Shown here: positions 53,254 to 63,394 of the stretch, one piece after another | Layout of the letters: each line of letters starts with the position of its first letter | Numbering within the stretch: position 1 is the stretch's first letter | DNA from: Propioniciclava sp. | Lineage (GTDB): Bacteria > Actinomycetota > Actinomycetes > Propionibacteriales > Propionibacteriaceae | DNA: 64,000 bases | Assembly (NCBI RefSeq): GCF_035435805.1 | Contig: NZ_DAOMVC010000001.1 | Reading direction: 5' to 3' (one strand) | Position numbers and translations under genes: made by a program | The notes under the pieces: generated by a model | What the model was told of the DNA's origin: nothing | The model's database searches: none | What the model saw: the letters and a program-made list of their open reading frames with translations, nothing else

Positions 53254-54923
53254 GCGCCGTCGAGGAGACCCCACTGCTTTCGGCACGCGGGGTGAGTGTC
53301 ACCTTCGACACGGCTGACGGCCCCGCCAACGTCACCCGGCGGGTGTCCTTCGACGTGGCGCCCGGCCAGACGATCGCCCTGGTGGGGGAGTCCGGCTCCG
53401 GTAAGACGGTCACCGCCATGACGGTCCTGCATCTGCTGCCCGAGGACGCCCATCGTGCCGGCGCGATGGCGTATCAGGGGGAGGACCTGTTCCACGCGCC
53501 ACCCGAGCGCATCCGCGAACTGCGCGGCGGCGAGATCGGCATGATCTTCCAGGAGCCCATGACGGCGCTCAACCCCGTGTACACGGTCGGGCGGCAGATC
53601 TCCGACGCCATCCGCGCCCACCGCCCGGTCTCCCGGGCGGACGCCCACCGGGAGGCGATCAAGCTGCTCGCCGACGTCGGCATTCCCGAGCCGGAGCGGC
53701 GGGTCCGCAGCTACCCCCACCAGCTCTCGGGAGGGCAGCGGCAGCGGGCGATGATCGCGATGGCGATCTGCAACGATCCCGTCCTGCTCATCGCCGACGA
53801 GCCGACGACCGCGCTCGACGTCACCGTGCAGGCGGAGATCCTCGCCCTGCTGCGGCGGCTGCAGCAAGAACGGGGCATGGGCATCGTGCTCATCACCCAC
53901 GACATGGGCGTCGTCGCCGAGATGGCCGACCGGGTGGTCGTGATGCGCCAGGGCGACGTGGTGGAGAGCGCGGGCGTCTTCGAGCTGTTCGCGGCACCGC
54001 AGCATCCCTACACCCAGGCGCTTCTGGCGGCAGTGCCGCGCGTGCGCGACAGCGACTCGCTGGCGGACACCGAACCGGCGGAGGCGAGGATCCGTACCGA
54101 CACACCGGCCCTGGAGGTGGAGGGCCTGAACGTTCGGTACCCGGGCTCGCTGCTGAAGCGGGGCTTCCAGGCGGTCACCGACGTCAGCTTCACCATCCCT
54201 CGGGGCAGTGTGCTCGCCCTGGTGGGGGAGTCGGGGTCGGGCAAGTCGACCATCGGCAAGGCCGTGGTGGGGCTGCTTCCCCCGGAGTCGGGGGAGATCC
54301 GGATCGCGGGACGCAGCGCCACCGCGGGAAGCGCCGCGGAACGTCGGGCGCTGCGCAGCGCCTACGCGATGGTGTTCCAGGATCCGGCGTCCTCGCTCAA
54401 CCCGCGCCTCACGATCGGGGAGAGCATCGGCGAGCCGTTCGTGGTGCACCGGCCGCAGATGCGGCGTGCCGAACGCGACCAACGGGTCGAGGCGCTCCTG
54501 GACCAGGTGGAGTTGCCGCCCGCCTGGCACACGCGCTACCCCCACGAGCTGTCAGGCGGGCAGCGGCAGCGAGTCGGCATCGCCCGGGCGCTGGCCCTAG
54601 ACCCGAGTCTGCTGATCGCCGACGAGCCCACCAGCGCCCTGGACGTCTCCGTGCAGGCGGCCGTGCTGGAGTTGTTCTCGAACCTGCAGCAGGAACTGCA
54701 GTTCTCCTGCCTGTTCATCAGCCACGACCTCGCGGTGGTGGACCTGCTGGCCGCCGAGGTGGCCGTGCTGCAGGCCGGGCGGATCGTCGAGATCGGACCC
54801 ACCGAGTCGGTTCTGCGACATCCCCGCGAGGAGTACACGCGGCGTCTCATCGAGGCGGCTCCGGTTCCTGAGCCGATGCTGCAGCGCGAGCGCGCCGCTG
54901 CGCGGCTGCGGATCGCGCGCTGA
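53250..54923 (+). CDS. Fused double ABC ATPase (DppD/DppF-like)
   Basis: Two GESGSGK(T/S) and two LSGGQRQR motifs. Confidence 0.94.
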   Translation: MSAVEETPLLSARGVSVTFDTADGPANVTRRVSFDVAPGQTIALVGESGSGKTVTAMTVLHLLPEDAHRAGAMAYQGEDLFHAPPERIRELRGGEIGMIFQEPMTALNPVYTVGRQISDAIRAHRPVSRADAHREAIKLLADVGIPEPERRVRSYPHQLSGGQRQRAMIAMAICNDPVLLIADEPTTALDVTVQAEILALLRRLQQERGMGIVLITHDMGVVAEMADRVVVMRQGDVVESAGVFELFAAPQHPYTQALLAAVPRVRDSDSLADTEPAEARIRTDTPALEVEGLNVRYPGSLLKRGFQAVTDVSFTIPRGSVLALVGESGSGKSTIGKAVVGLLPPESGEIRIAGRSATAGSAAERRALRSAYAMVFQDPASSLNPRLTIGESIGEPFVVHRPQMRRAERDQRVEALLDQVELPPAWHTRYPHELSGGQRQRVGIARALALDPSLLIADEPTSALDVSVQAAVLELFSNLQQELQFSCLFISHDLAVVDLLAAEVAVLQAGRIVEIGPTESVLRHPREEYTRRLIEAAPVPEPMLQRERAAARLRIAR

Positions 54924-54954
54924 CGGGGGCGTGGGGGAACCTACAATCGTCGCC

Positions 54955-56199
54955 ATGACCTCCTTCACCGATCAAGCAGGCGACGCGCGTCTCGCCGCCC
55001 GCGTGCTCGCGACCGCCGTGCGGGCCGACAAGGACGCCGCGCTGCGCGCCATGGCGTCCGCGCTGCTGGCTGGCACGCCGAGCATTCTGGCCGCCAACGC
55101 CGAGGATGTGGCCCGCGCCGAGGCGTCCGGTACGGAGGCGTCCCTGATCGACCGGCTGCGGCTCACGCCCGAGCGCATCAGCGGCATGGCCGTCGGGCTC
55201 ACCGATCTGGCGGGCCTGGCGGACCCGGTCGGCGACGTGGTGCGCGGTTGGACCAATCCCAACGGCGTCCAGGTGCGGCAGGTGCGGGTCCCGTTCGGGG
55301 TGGTCGGCATCATCTACGAGGCGCGCCCCAACGTCACCGCCGATGCCGCCGGGATCGCGCTGAAGTCCGGCAACGCGGCGCTGCTGCGCGGCTCCAGTTC
55401 GGCCCTGCACTCCAACCAGGCCATCATCGCTGCGCTGCGGGCGGGAATCGCCGACACGGGCCTGCCCGTCGACGCGGTGCAACTGGTCGAGGGGGGCCGC
55501 GAGGTCACCGGCGAGATGATGACAGGGCGCGGGCTGGTCGATGTCCTGATCCCGCGGGGCGGGGCGGGGCTCATCAACGCCGTCGTCCAGGGGGCCACCG
55601 TCCCGGTCATCGAGACCGGCACGGGCAACTGCCACCTGTTCGTCGATTCCTCCGCCGATGCGGACATGGCCCTCGACATCATGCTCAACGCGAAGGTGCA
55701 ACGACCCAGCGTGTGCAACGCGCTGGAGACCCTGTTGGTGCACGCCGATATTGCGCCGACGTTCCTGCCCCGAGCGCTGGCGGCGCTCGCCGCCGCGGGC
55801 GTCACCGTCCACGGGACCCCCGAGGTCGCGGCCTACTCCGACGCGGTGGTGCCCGCCGGGCCCGGTGAGTTCGACGCCGAGTACCTGACCCTCGACCTGG
55901 CCGCGCGCGTCGTCGACGGACTGGACGCCGCTCTGGCGCACATCGCCGAGCACAGCACGGGCCACTCCGAGACCATCATCACCGCCGACCTGGCCAACGC
56001 GGAGCGTTTCACCGCCGAGGTGGACGCTGCGGCCGTCCTGGTCAACGCGTCCAGCAGGTTCGTCGACGGCGGCGAGTTCGGATTCGGGGCAGAGATCGGC
56101 ATCTCGACGCAGAAGCTGCATGCCCGGGGCCCGATGGCGCTCTCGGAGATGACCTCCACAAAGTATGTCCTTCTGGGTCGCGGACAGACGCGTGCCTGA
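54955..56199 (+). CDS. proA: Gamma-glutamyl phosphate reductase
   Basis: [42 protein letters not shown]; -10 TACAAT just upstream. Confidence 0.96.
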   Translation: MTSFTDQAGDARLAARVLATAVRADKDAALRAMASALLAGTPSILAANAEDVARAEASGTEASLIDRLRLTPERISGMAVGLTDLAGLADPVGDVVRGWTNPNGVQVRQVRVPFGVVGIIYEARPNVTADAAGIALKSGNAALLRGSSSALHSNQAIIAALRAGIADTGLPVDAVQLVEGGREVTGEMMTGRGLVDVLIPRGGAGLINAVVQGATVPVIETGTGNCHLFVDSSADADMALDIMLNAKVQRPSVCNALETLLVHADIAPTFLPRALAALAAAGVTVHGTPEVAAYSDAVVPAGPGEFDAEYLTLDLAARVVDGLDAALAHIAEHSTGHSETIITADLANAERFTAEVDAAAVLVNASSRFVDGGEFGFGAEIGISTQKLHARGPMALSEMTSTKYVLLGRGQTRA

Positions 56200-56228
56200 G
56201 GCGGGCGAGGTTGGCTAAGCTGCCGCGC

Positions 56229-56369
56229 ATGACCGTTCTGCTCGAGGCCTCCGGCGGCCATGTCGTTGCCGCCGTGGCGACCGGCGTGTCCGTGTTCCTC
56301 CTCCTCATGGTGATCCTGGCCATCCTCATCGGTTTCGGCTCTGGGCGCCCGCACACGCAGTCCGAATGA
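56229..56369 (+). CDS. 46-aa single-TM small protein (not in ORF track)
   Basis: [48 protein letters not shown]3-rich codons; ATGA overlap with nadD; -10 TAAGCT upstream. Confidence 0.72.
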   Translation: MTVLLEASGGHVVAAVATGVSVFLLLMVILAILIGFGSGRPHTQSE

Positions 56370-57031
56370 GCTCGACGGGCCTGGCCCTGGGCGAGGGCGG
56401 GCGCGCATGGCGCCTCGGTGTCATGGGTGGCACCTTCGACCCCATCCATCACGGCCACCTGGTGGCCGCCAGCGAAGTGGCTGCGCGGTTCGACCTCGAT
56501 GAAGTGGTGTTCGTCCCCACGGGGCAGCCGTGGCAGAAGGCCGATCAGTTGGTCTCCCCGGCGGAGGACCGGTACCTGATGACCGTCATCGCCACGGCGT
56601 CCAACCCCCGGTTCTCGGTGAGCCGCGTGGACATCGACCGTCCTGGCGACACCTATACGGTCGACACGCTGCGCGACGTCAGCGCCGAACGAGGAGGCGA
56701 CACCGACCTGTTCTTCATCACCGGCGCCGACGCCTTGAGCCAGATCCTCACGTGGCGCGGCGTCGACGCCCTGTTCGATCTGGCTCACTTCGTGGGCGTC
56801 TCACGCCCTGGCGTCACCCTGCAGCCCCAGGACATCTCCCACCTGCCCGCCGACAAGGTGACGCTGCTGGAGATCCCCGCCATGGCGATCAGTTCCACCG
56901 ACTGCCGCCGCCGCACAGCGGAGGGATTGCCCATCTGGTACCTGGTGCCGGACGGTATCGTGCAGTACATCAGCAAGCGGGGCCTGTACGAGAAAGGCCC
57001 TCAAGACAAGGAGTCTCATGGCGGCGAGTGA
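56366..57031 (+). CDS. nadD: Nicotinate-nucleotide adenylyltransferase
   Basis: [36 protein letters not shown]. Confidence 0.96.
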   Translation: MSSTGLALGEGGRAWRLGVMGGTFDPIHHGHLVAASEVAARFDLDEVVFVPTGQPWQKADQLVSPAEDRYLMTVIATASNPRFSVSRVDIDRPGDTYTVDTLRDVSAERGGDTDLFFITGADALSQILTWRGVDALFDLAHFVGVSRPGVTLQPQDISHLPADKVTLLEIPAMAISSTDCRRRTAEGLPIWYLVPDGIVQYISKRGLYEKGPQDKESHGGE

Positions 57032-57392
57032 GCGAGCCATCCACCTCACCCAGGTCGCGGCGCGGGCCGCGGCCGACAAGCAGGCCACCGATCTGGTGGC
57101 CTTCGACGTTTCCGAGCGGCTGGCCCTGACCGACGTCTTCCTCATCGCGACCGGCGGGAACGAACGCCTCATCGGCGCCGTCGTCGACGCCGTGGAGGAA
57201 GCGCTGTTCCACGAGGGTGCCAAGGCGTTGCGCCGCGAGGGCGATCGGGAGGCGCGCTGGGTCCTGGTGGACTTCGGCGACATCGTCGTGCACGTGCAGC
57301 ACCCCGAGGAGCGACAGCTCTATTCGCTGGAGCGTCTGTGGCGCGACACCCCCGCGGTGGCCCTCGAACTCGAGCAGAGCCCCACGGCATGA
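57018..57392 (+). CDS. rsfS: Ribosome silencing factor
   Basis: [34 protein letters not shown]. Confidence 0.95.
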   Translation: MAASERAIHLTQVAARAAADKQATDLVAFDVSERLALTDVFLIATGGNERLIGAVVDAVEEALFHEGAKALRREGDREARWVLVDFGDIVVHVQHPEERQLYSLERLWRDTPAVALELEQSPTA

Positions 57393-58093
57393 GTGCACAC
57401 GCCTCGCCGGGTCCCCGGACCCGGCTCGTCTTGGTGCGCCATGGCGAGACCGACTCGAACGCGTCGGGGCGGTTCCAGGGTCAGGCAGACATTCCCCTGA
57501 ACGACACGGGACGCGCCCAGGCTGGGGCCGTTGCGGCTCGCATGGTGGAGTTCGCGCCGGCCCGGATCGTCGCCTCCGACCTGAGTCGCGCCCAAGCCAC
57601 CGCGTCCGCGATCGCCGAGGCGACCGGGGCGCCGCTGCTCACCGAACCGCTCCTGCGGGAGATCAACATCGGCGCGTGGGAGGGCAAGACCGCCGCCCAG
57701 GTCGCCGTGGAGTACCCCTGGTACCCGGACGCCCTGCGCTCCGGTGAGGACTTCCGGCGGTCGCCCTCGGGCGAGACCGCGCTGGAGGCGGGCGCCCGGA
57801 TCGTGCGGGCCCTGGAGGCGATCGCGCGCGCCTACTCCGGACAGACCACGATCGTGGTCGGACACGGATTGGCCTTGCGCTCAGGGCTGTGCCAGCTCGT
57901 TGGCCTGGGGCACGCGGGCACCCACCTGCTGGGTGGGTTGTCCAACTGCTCCTGGACGGAGGTGGAGGTGAGCGGCCGCTGGCGGCTGGTCTCCTACAAC
58001 AACGTGGCGGGGGCACGGCCGTCGGGCCCGGCGGTCTTGTCGCCCAGCATGCAGCTCGGGATCACCTCCGAGCAGACCGCAGACATCGCCTGA
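57389..58093 (+). CDS. Histidine phosphatase family protein
   Basis: LVRHGET, SDLSRAQATA, LREINIGAWEG, VGHG. Confidence 0.9.
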   Translation: MSAHASPGPRTRLVLVRHGETDSNASGRFQGQADIPLNDTGRAQAGAVAARMVEFAPARIVASDLSRAQATASAIAEATGAPLLTEPLLREINIGAWEGKTAAQVAVEYPWYPDALRSGEDFRRSPSGETALEAGARIVRALEAIARAYSGQTTIVVGHGLALRSGLCQLVGLGHAGTHLLGGLSNCSWTEVEVSGRWRLVSYNNVAGARPSGPAVLSPSMQLGITSEQTADIA

Positions 58094-58117
58094 GGGCGGG
58101 CCGAACCGCGGGCGCGA

Positions 58118-58164
58118 TGACAAGCCCCGCGCCCCCGGGTGACAGTCCCGCGCCCTCGGGTGAC
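58118..58164. repeat. Imperfect 21-22-nt tandem repeat between convergent genes
   Basis: TGACAAGCCCCGCGCCCCCGGG / TGACAGTCCCGCGCCCTCGGG / TGAC. Confidence 0.6.
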
Positions 58165-58167
58165 GAC

Positions 58168-58881
58168 TCAGGCCAGCAGCGCCGCGGCGCCGATCTTCAC
58201 CGAGTTCGCGTACAGCGTCTCCCGCTCCTCGGCGGACATGTCGTGGGTGCTGTCGAAGAGGTGGTCGGAGACGGTCAGTACCGTGAGGGCCTCGGTGGCC
58301 TCCTGCGCGGCGGCCGCATACAGCCCGGCGGCCTCCATCTCGACGCCGAGGGTGCCCAGGGCGGCGAGCCCCTGCACGATCTCGGCCCGACCCAGGTAGA
58401 ACAGATCCGAGGAGTACACCGGGCCCGCGTGGACCGGGGCGTCGGTGAGTTCGGCTGCGGCGTCCATCGCCCCGCGCAGCATCGGGTACGAGGCAGCCCA
58501 GGACAAGCTCACCCCCGGCACGAGCAGCGTCGACAGGGACGCGTTGGTGTGCGCGGACGTGCCGACCACGGTGTCGCCCACGTTCACCTTGGACGACATC
58601 CCGCCGCAGGTGCCGACGCGAACGATGCGCTGCACGCCGTAGAAACGGTACAACTCGGTGGCGTAGATCGAGATGGACGGGATGCCCATGCCGGACCCCA
58701 TCACGCTCATCGGCGCGCCCTGGTAGGTGCCGGTCCACACGGTGATGCCGCGGACCTGGGAGACGAGTTCGGCGTCGGCCAGGTACTCCTTGGCGATCCG
58801 GTCGGCACGACGCGGATCGCCAGGCATCATCACCAGCGGTGCGATCTGACCCGGTTCGGCGGCGATGTGCGGTGTGGCCAT
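58168..58881 (-). CDS. deoD: Purine-nucleoside phosphorylase, DeoD type
   Basis: MATPHI, MPGDPRRA, GSGMGIPS, RVGTCG, GVEMEAA, TVSDH. Confidence 0.94.
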   Translation of the reverse strand: MATPHIAAEPGQIAPLVMMPGDPRRADRIAKEYLADAELVSQVRGITVWTGTYQGAPMSVMGSGMGIPSISIYATELYRFYGVQRIVRVGTCGGMSSKVNVGDTVVGTSAHTNASLSTLLVPGVSLSWAASYPMLRGAMDAAAELTDAPVHAGPVYSSDLFYLGRAEIVQGLAALGTLGVEMEAAGLYAAAAQEATEALTVLTVSDHLFDSTHDMSAEERETLYANSVKIGAAALLA

Positions 58882-58954
58882 GCAGGGCTCCTAGAAAACT
58901 CGGTGCGCCGCGTCACGTCGAGGCGCGAAGGAACACCGAAAGTACCATGCAGGT

Positions 58955-59019
58955 CTTGACGCGGGGTGCAGGATCGACGCGGGACAGGTGCCGTCCCCCC
59001 GACCCCCGAGGAGGCGTCC
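58955..59019 (+). promoter_or_regulatory. Structured 5' leader of antiporter gene, possible nhaA-type cation riboswitch
   Basis: -10 TACCAT (58943-58948); nested pairings GACGC/GCGTC, CGGGG/CCCCG, GGGAC/GTCCC around the RBS. Confidence 0.35.
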
Positions 59020-60750
59020 ATGCTGGAGATGGTGGCGGTGGGCGTTGCCCTGTTCGCGCTCGTGGCGGCCGCGGGAGTCTTCGGCCCCCGCATCGGGGTC
59101 GCGGACCCCTTGCTGCTGGTCATGGTGGGGCTGCTGATCAGCCTGATCCCCGTCGTGCCGGACTTCGTCGTCGAGCCGGACCTCGTCTTGGAGGTGCTGC
59201 TGCCGCCGCTGCTCTAAGCGGCCGCCGTCTCGTTGCCTCCGATGAGCATGCGCCGCGAGTTCACGGCGATCTCCGGGCTGTCGGTCGTGCTGGTGATCTT
59301 CACCGCCGTCGCGCTGGGCCTGGTCTTCGCCTGGCTCATCCCCGGGGTCGGTTTCGCCTGGGGTGCCGCGCTCGGGGCCATCATCAGCCCCACCGACGCG
59401 GCCGCCACGGCCATCGTGAAGAAGGCAGGCGTCCCCTCGCGCGCCATCGTGATCCTGGAGGGGGAGGCGCTCCTGAACGACGCCACGGCGCTGGTGCTGC
59501 TGCGCACCGCCGTCGCGGCGGCGCTGGGCACCTTCTCGGTCTGGGCCGCGGTCGGCACCTTCGCCTACTCCGTCGCCGTGGCAGCGGCGATCGGCGGCAT
59601 CGTCGGCGTCGTCACGTTGTGGGTGCGGGCCCGGATCGAAGAGCCGACGATCGCGACCATCGTCTCGTTCACCGTCCCGTTCCTGGCGTCGATCCCCGCC
59701 GAACTCCTGGATGCGTCGGGGCTCGTCGCGGCCGTTGTCGCGGGCCTGGTGACGAGCCTGCGCGGAGCCGGACGGCTCCCGCCGCTGCACCGACTCTCCG
59801 ACCGGCAGAACTGGGCCAGCGTCCAGCGACTCCTCGAAGGGCTGGTCTTCGTGACGATGGGTCTGCAGTTGCCCACCGTCATCGAGGACGTGGCAACCGG
59901 GGACTTCGGCGTGAGCATCGCGCTCGCGGTCTCCATGCTGGCCCTCGTGATCGCGTTGGGGGTGCGGGCCGCCTACGTGTTGCCGCTGCTGTGGCAGTTG
60001 CAGCGTCGCGTCCGGCTGGGGCAGGCGCGCGCCGAGAGCCTCGACCGGATGAAGGACAAAGTGGACGCGGCAGGCGAGTCGGGTGAGCCGCTGGTCCTCA
60101 CCCAGGAGGACCGGAGCGTGCCCGTGCGTCCCAGCCCTGCACGCCCGGGCGGGCGTCGCGAGGAGGAGGGACCCCGCACGCCCCCGTGGACCCAGCGGCG
60201 CGAGGAGCGGCGGCGGACGCGTTCGCGGACGCTCGGCGGGGAGGAGATCGCTCGCTTCGGGCGGCGCATCCGCCGGGCGATCGCCGACCTGGACTACTTC
60301 ATGCGGCAACCACTGGGGCGGCGCGAAGGACTCGTCGTCGTGTGGGCGGGGATGCGAGGTGCCGTCACGGTCGCGACCGCGCAGACGCTGCCGACCGAGA
60401 CGCCGCACCGTCCGCTGCTGGTCTTCATCGCGTTCGCTGTGGCGACCATCTCGCTGCTCGGGCAGGGGCTCACGGTCGGGCCGCTGGCGGCGCGCCTGTA
60501 TCGCGACGACCCGGACGAACCGGATTCCGAGCAACGGGTCGCTGAACGGCAACAGGTCGCGGAGGTGCTGCGCGCCGCCGTCGACGCCCACGCCGGCGAG
60601 GAGGCTGTGGACGTGATCAAAGCCCAGCGGGCGGCGCTGCTACGGGCCCGCAGCGAACTCGCGGTCGACGGGGAGGTGCTCGACACGGCGCTGCGCCGCC
60701 TGGACGCGTCTCAGATCGAGTGGGAGATCAGGCGCGGCAAGGCCGTATGA
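59020..60750 (+). pseudogene. CPA1-family Na+/H+ antiporter interrupted by in-frame TAA at 59215-59217
   Basis: RBS GAGGAGG + ATG 59020; LPPLL*AAA continues in frame to LGAIISPTDA, LEGEALLNDA, WAGMRGAVT. Confidence 0.82.
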
Positions 60751-60833
60751 CGGCGCCCGCTGCGACGCCATCGTCCGGGGTCGCCGACCGGCGAGGATCT
60801 AGGCTGGAGGCCAGCGAAAGGAAGGAAACGACC

Positions 60834-61673
60834 ATGACCCTGGCACCCCCCGTGTCGGCAGGACGCGACCTGGCGTTACCCGCCATCGGGTTCGGCACGT
60901 ACGGACTCAACGGTCTCCCGGCCCTCGACGTCATCCATCGCGCCATGGAGGCGGGCTACCGCCTGTTCGATTCGGCGTTCAACTACGAAAACGAGGGGGC
61001 GGTCGGCGCGGCGGTGCGCAGCGCCTCGATCCCGCGCGACGACGTGCTGGTCACTTCGAAGCTGCCAGGAAGGCATCACCGCTACGTCGAGGCCCTGGCC
61101 ACCGTGGAGGAGAGTCTGCTGCGCACCGGACTGGACCATCTGGATCTGTACCTGATCCATTGGCCGAACCCGAACGTGGGCCTGTACGTCGAGGCCTGGC
61201 GTGCGCTGATCGAGGCGCGCGATCGTGGCCTGGTGCGCCACATCGGTGTCAGCAACTTCCTGCCCGCGCACCTCACTCGCCTCATCGAGGAGACCGGGGT
61301 GGCGCCCGAGGTCAACCAGGTCGAGCTCCACCCCTACTTCCAGCAAGGCCAGCAGCGTGCCTTCGATCGCGAGCACGGCATCATCACGCAAGCGTGGAGT
61401 CCCCTGGGGCGAGCCACCGACCTCCTCGGCGATCCGGTGCTGGCCGGGATCGCCGACAAACACCGGATCACCGTCCCGCAGGTGGTGCTGCGCTGGCACA
61501 CGCTGATCGGATCGATCCCGCTGCCGAAGTCCGCGGACCCGCACCGGCAGGCTGCCAACCTCAACGTCGCGGGCATCGAGTTGGACGAAACAGACCTGAT
61601 CGCCATCGCGGGCCTGGACCGGTACGACGGCCGGATCTGGGGTCAGGACCCGGCCGTGTACGAGGAGTTCTGA
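60834..61673 (+). CDS. Aldo/keto reductase (2,5-diketogluconate reductase-like)
   Basis: IGFGTY, FDSAFNYENE, LDLYLIHWP, IGVSNF, NQVELHP, LPKS. Confidence 0.92.
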   Translation: MTLAPPVSAGRDLALPAIGFGTYGLNGLPALDVIHRAMEAGYRLFDSAFNYENEGAVGAAVRSASIPRDDVLVTSKLPGRHHRYVEALATVEESLLRTGLDHLDLYLIHWPNPNVGLYVEAWRALIEARDRGLVRHIGVSNFLPAHLTRLIEETGVAPEVNQVELHPYFQQGQQRAFDREHGIITQAWSPLGRATDLLGDPVLAGIADKHRITVPQVVLRWHTLIGSIPLPKSADPHRQAANLNVAGIELDETDLIAIAGLDRYDGRIWGQDPAVYEEF

Positions 61674-61686
61674 GGCATCGTAGAGG

Positions 61687-62736
61687 TCAGTAGAACTCCA
61701 CGATGTTGATCCGGTTCGTCATCGGCGCCCCGGCCAGGAAGTGCGTCGCGTTGCGGGCGAACAGTTCCGCGATGCGGCGCTCCTCCGAATCGGTCAGAGC
61801 CGCTGTGTGGGGGCTCACCAGCACCCCAGGGTGGGTCCACAGCGGGCTGTCGGCGGGCAGCGGCTCCTGCGCGAAGACGTCCAAGACGGCGCAGCCGACC
61901 CTGCCGCTGTCCAACGCACCGAGGAGGGCGGACTCGTCGACGACGGTGCCTCGACCGACGTTGACGACCGTGGCCCCCGGTCGCAGGGCCGAGAGGAGCC
62001 GTTGGCCCACGAGGCCCTCGGTCGCGGGGGTGCCGGGCAGCGTGGTGACCACCGCGTCGATGTCGGCGCCGTCGGCGATCGCCTCGTCGAGGGTCAGCAC
62101 GCGCGTCACCCCGGCCACGTCGGTGTCGTCCTGGCTGACGCCCCAGACGCGGGCACCGAGGGCGGACAACTTCGCGGCCACCTGCCGCCCGATCCCACCC
62201 AGCCCCAGCACGAGGACCGTCTGGTCGCTGACCTGGCCCATCGCCCAGCGGCCCGACCACAAGCGTTCCCGCTGCTGATGGATCAACAGCGGAAGCGACT
62301 TGGCGCCTGCGAGGACGCCGAACACGGCGAACTCCGCCAGCGCCGACCCATGCACTCCGGAGGAGTTGGTGAACGTGATCCGGTCGAGGTCGGCGCGGGT
62401 CAGGCCGGCCCGGCGCACTTGCTCGCTCCCTCCCGCCGCCATCGTCTGCACCCAACGCAAGGATGCGTTGGCCTCGACGGCACGGCGCAGGGCCGCGGGA
62501 TCCACATCGGGGATGCCGTAGAGGATGTCGGAGGAACCGACCAGGTCGTCATAGCGGGCCTGCTGCTCCGGCGTCCGGCGGAACGAGGGATCCCCGGAGA
62601 AGTCGGCGGGGAACCGCATGGGCGGCAGCAGTTCCGGGTCGTAGCGCAGGTCCAGGCGCGGCTCGAGGCGGGCGATGAGCGCCACGGTCTCGGGAGCGAT
62701 GGGGGCCGCCATCGCGACGGTGGGGCGAGGATTCAT
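61687..62736 (-). CDS. D-2-hydroxyacid dehydrogenase family
   Basis: GLGGIG, VNVGRGTVVDE, LDVFAQEPLP, SPHTAA. Confidence 0.9.
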   Translation of the reverse strand: MNPRPTVAMAAPIAPETVALIARLEPRLDLRYDPELLPPMRFPADFSGDPSFRRTPEQQARYDDLVGSSDILYGIPDVDPAALRRAVEANASLRWVQTMAAGGSEQVRRAGLTRADLDRITFTNSSGVHGSALAEFAVFGVLAGAKSLPLLIHQQRERLWSGRWAMGQVSDQTVLVLGLGGIGRQVAAKLSALGARVWGVSQDDTDVAGVTRVLTLDEAIADGADIDAVVTTLPGTPATEGLVGQRLLSALRPGATVVNVGRGTVVDESALLGALDSGRVGCAVLDVFAQEPLPADSPLWTHPGVLVSPHTAALTDSEERRIAELFARNATHFLAGAPMTNRINIVEFY

Positions 62737-63374
62737 GATCGTGCTCCTGAGTTGTCGGCGCGCAGTTGCGCAGCCTCGGCGTCCTTGCTGATTTCGAGGG
62801 CCCTGACCTCGGCCACGGCTCGCAGTGCTTCGTCGGCGCGAGCCGGGGGGATGACGATGATGCCGTCCGCGTCCCCCACGACGATGTCGCCCGGCTGGAC
62901 GACCACGCCTCCAAGAGCGATCGGCTCGCCGATGGTCCCCGGACCGTTCTTCCAGGGGCCGGCAGGGGTGCGTCCCCGGGAGAAGACGGGGAACCGGAGC
63001 GAGGCGATGATGTCGGCGTCCCGGGCGCAGCCGTCGATGATGGCTCCGGTGGCGCCGAACACATCGAAGCGCTGGGCGAGGTTGTCGCCCATGATCGCGC
63101 GTCCGGAGTATCCGGCGGCGTTGACGACGATGACGTCCCCAGGCTGGATGAGATCCAGTGCCTCGATGACGGCCAGGTTGTCGCCCGCCACCGTCATCAC
63201 GGGCAGCGCCGTCCCGAGGATGCGCGCTCCGGGCCACAGCGGGGTGATGCCCGCGTCGACGATGTTGAGCCGTCCGGTGGCGTCTCCGAGATTGGCCACG
63301 GACTCCTCGGCGAAGGCCGCGACGAGGTCTGGGGCGGGGCGTTGCCAGGGTGGTGCGATGCGGATGTTGCTCAT
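62733..63374 (-). CDS. RraA/HMG-aldolase-like protein
   Basis: ANLGDA, GDNL, AIMGD, IDGCARD, PGDIVVGDADG. Confidence 0.86.
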   Translation of the reverse strand: MSNIRIAPPWQRPAPDLVAAFAEESVANLGDATGRLNIVDAGITPLWPGARILGTALPVMTVAGDNLAVIEALDLIQPGDVIVVNAAGYSGRAIMGDNLAQRFDVFGATGAIIDGCARDADIIASLRFPVFSRGRTPAGPWKNGPGTIGEPIALGGVVVQPGDIVVGDADGIIVIPPARADEALRAVAEVRALEISKDAEAAQLRADNSGARS

Positions 63375-63394
63375 GGTGGTGTCCTCCTTCGGGA

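Noticed and set aside
58094..58167. tRNA after the rsfS-phosphatase genes
   Set aside because: No cloverleaf or T-loop GTTCRA motif is visible.
59215..59217. Programmed recoding (Sec/Pyl) at the antiporter stop
   Set aside because: The codon is TAA, not TGA or TAG, and the expected residue is Tyr.
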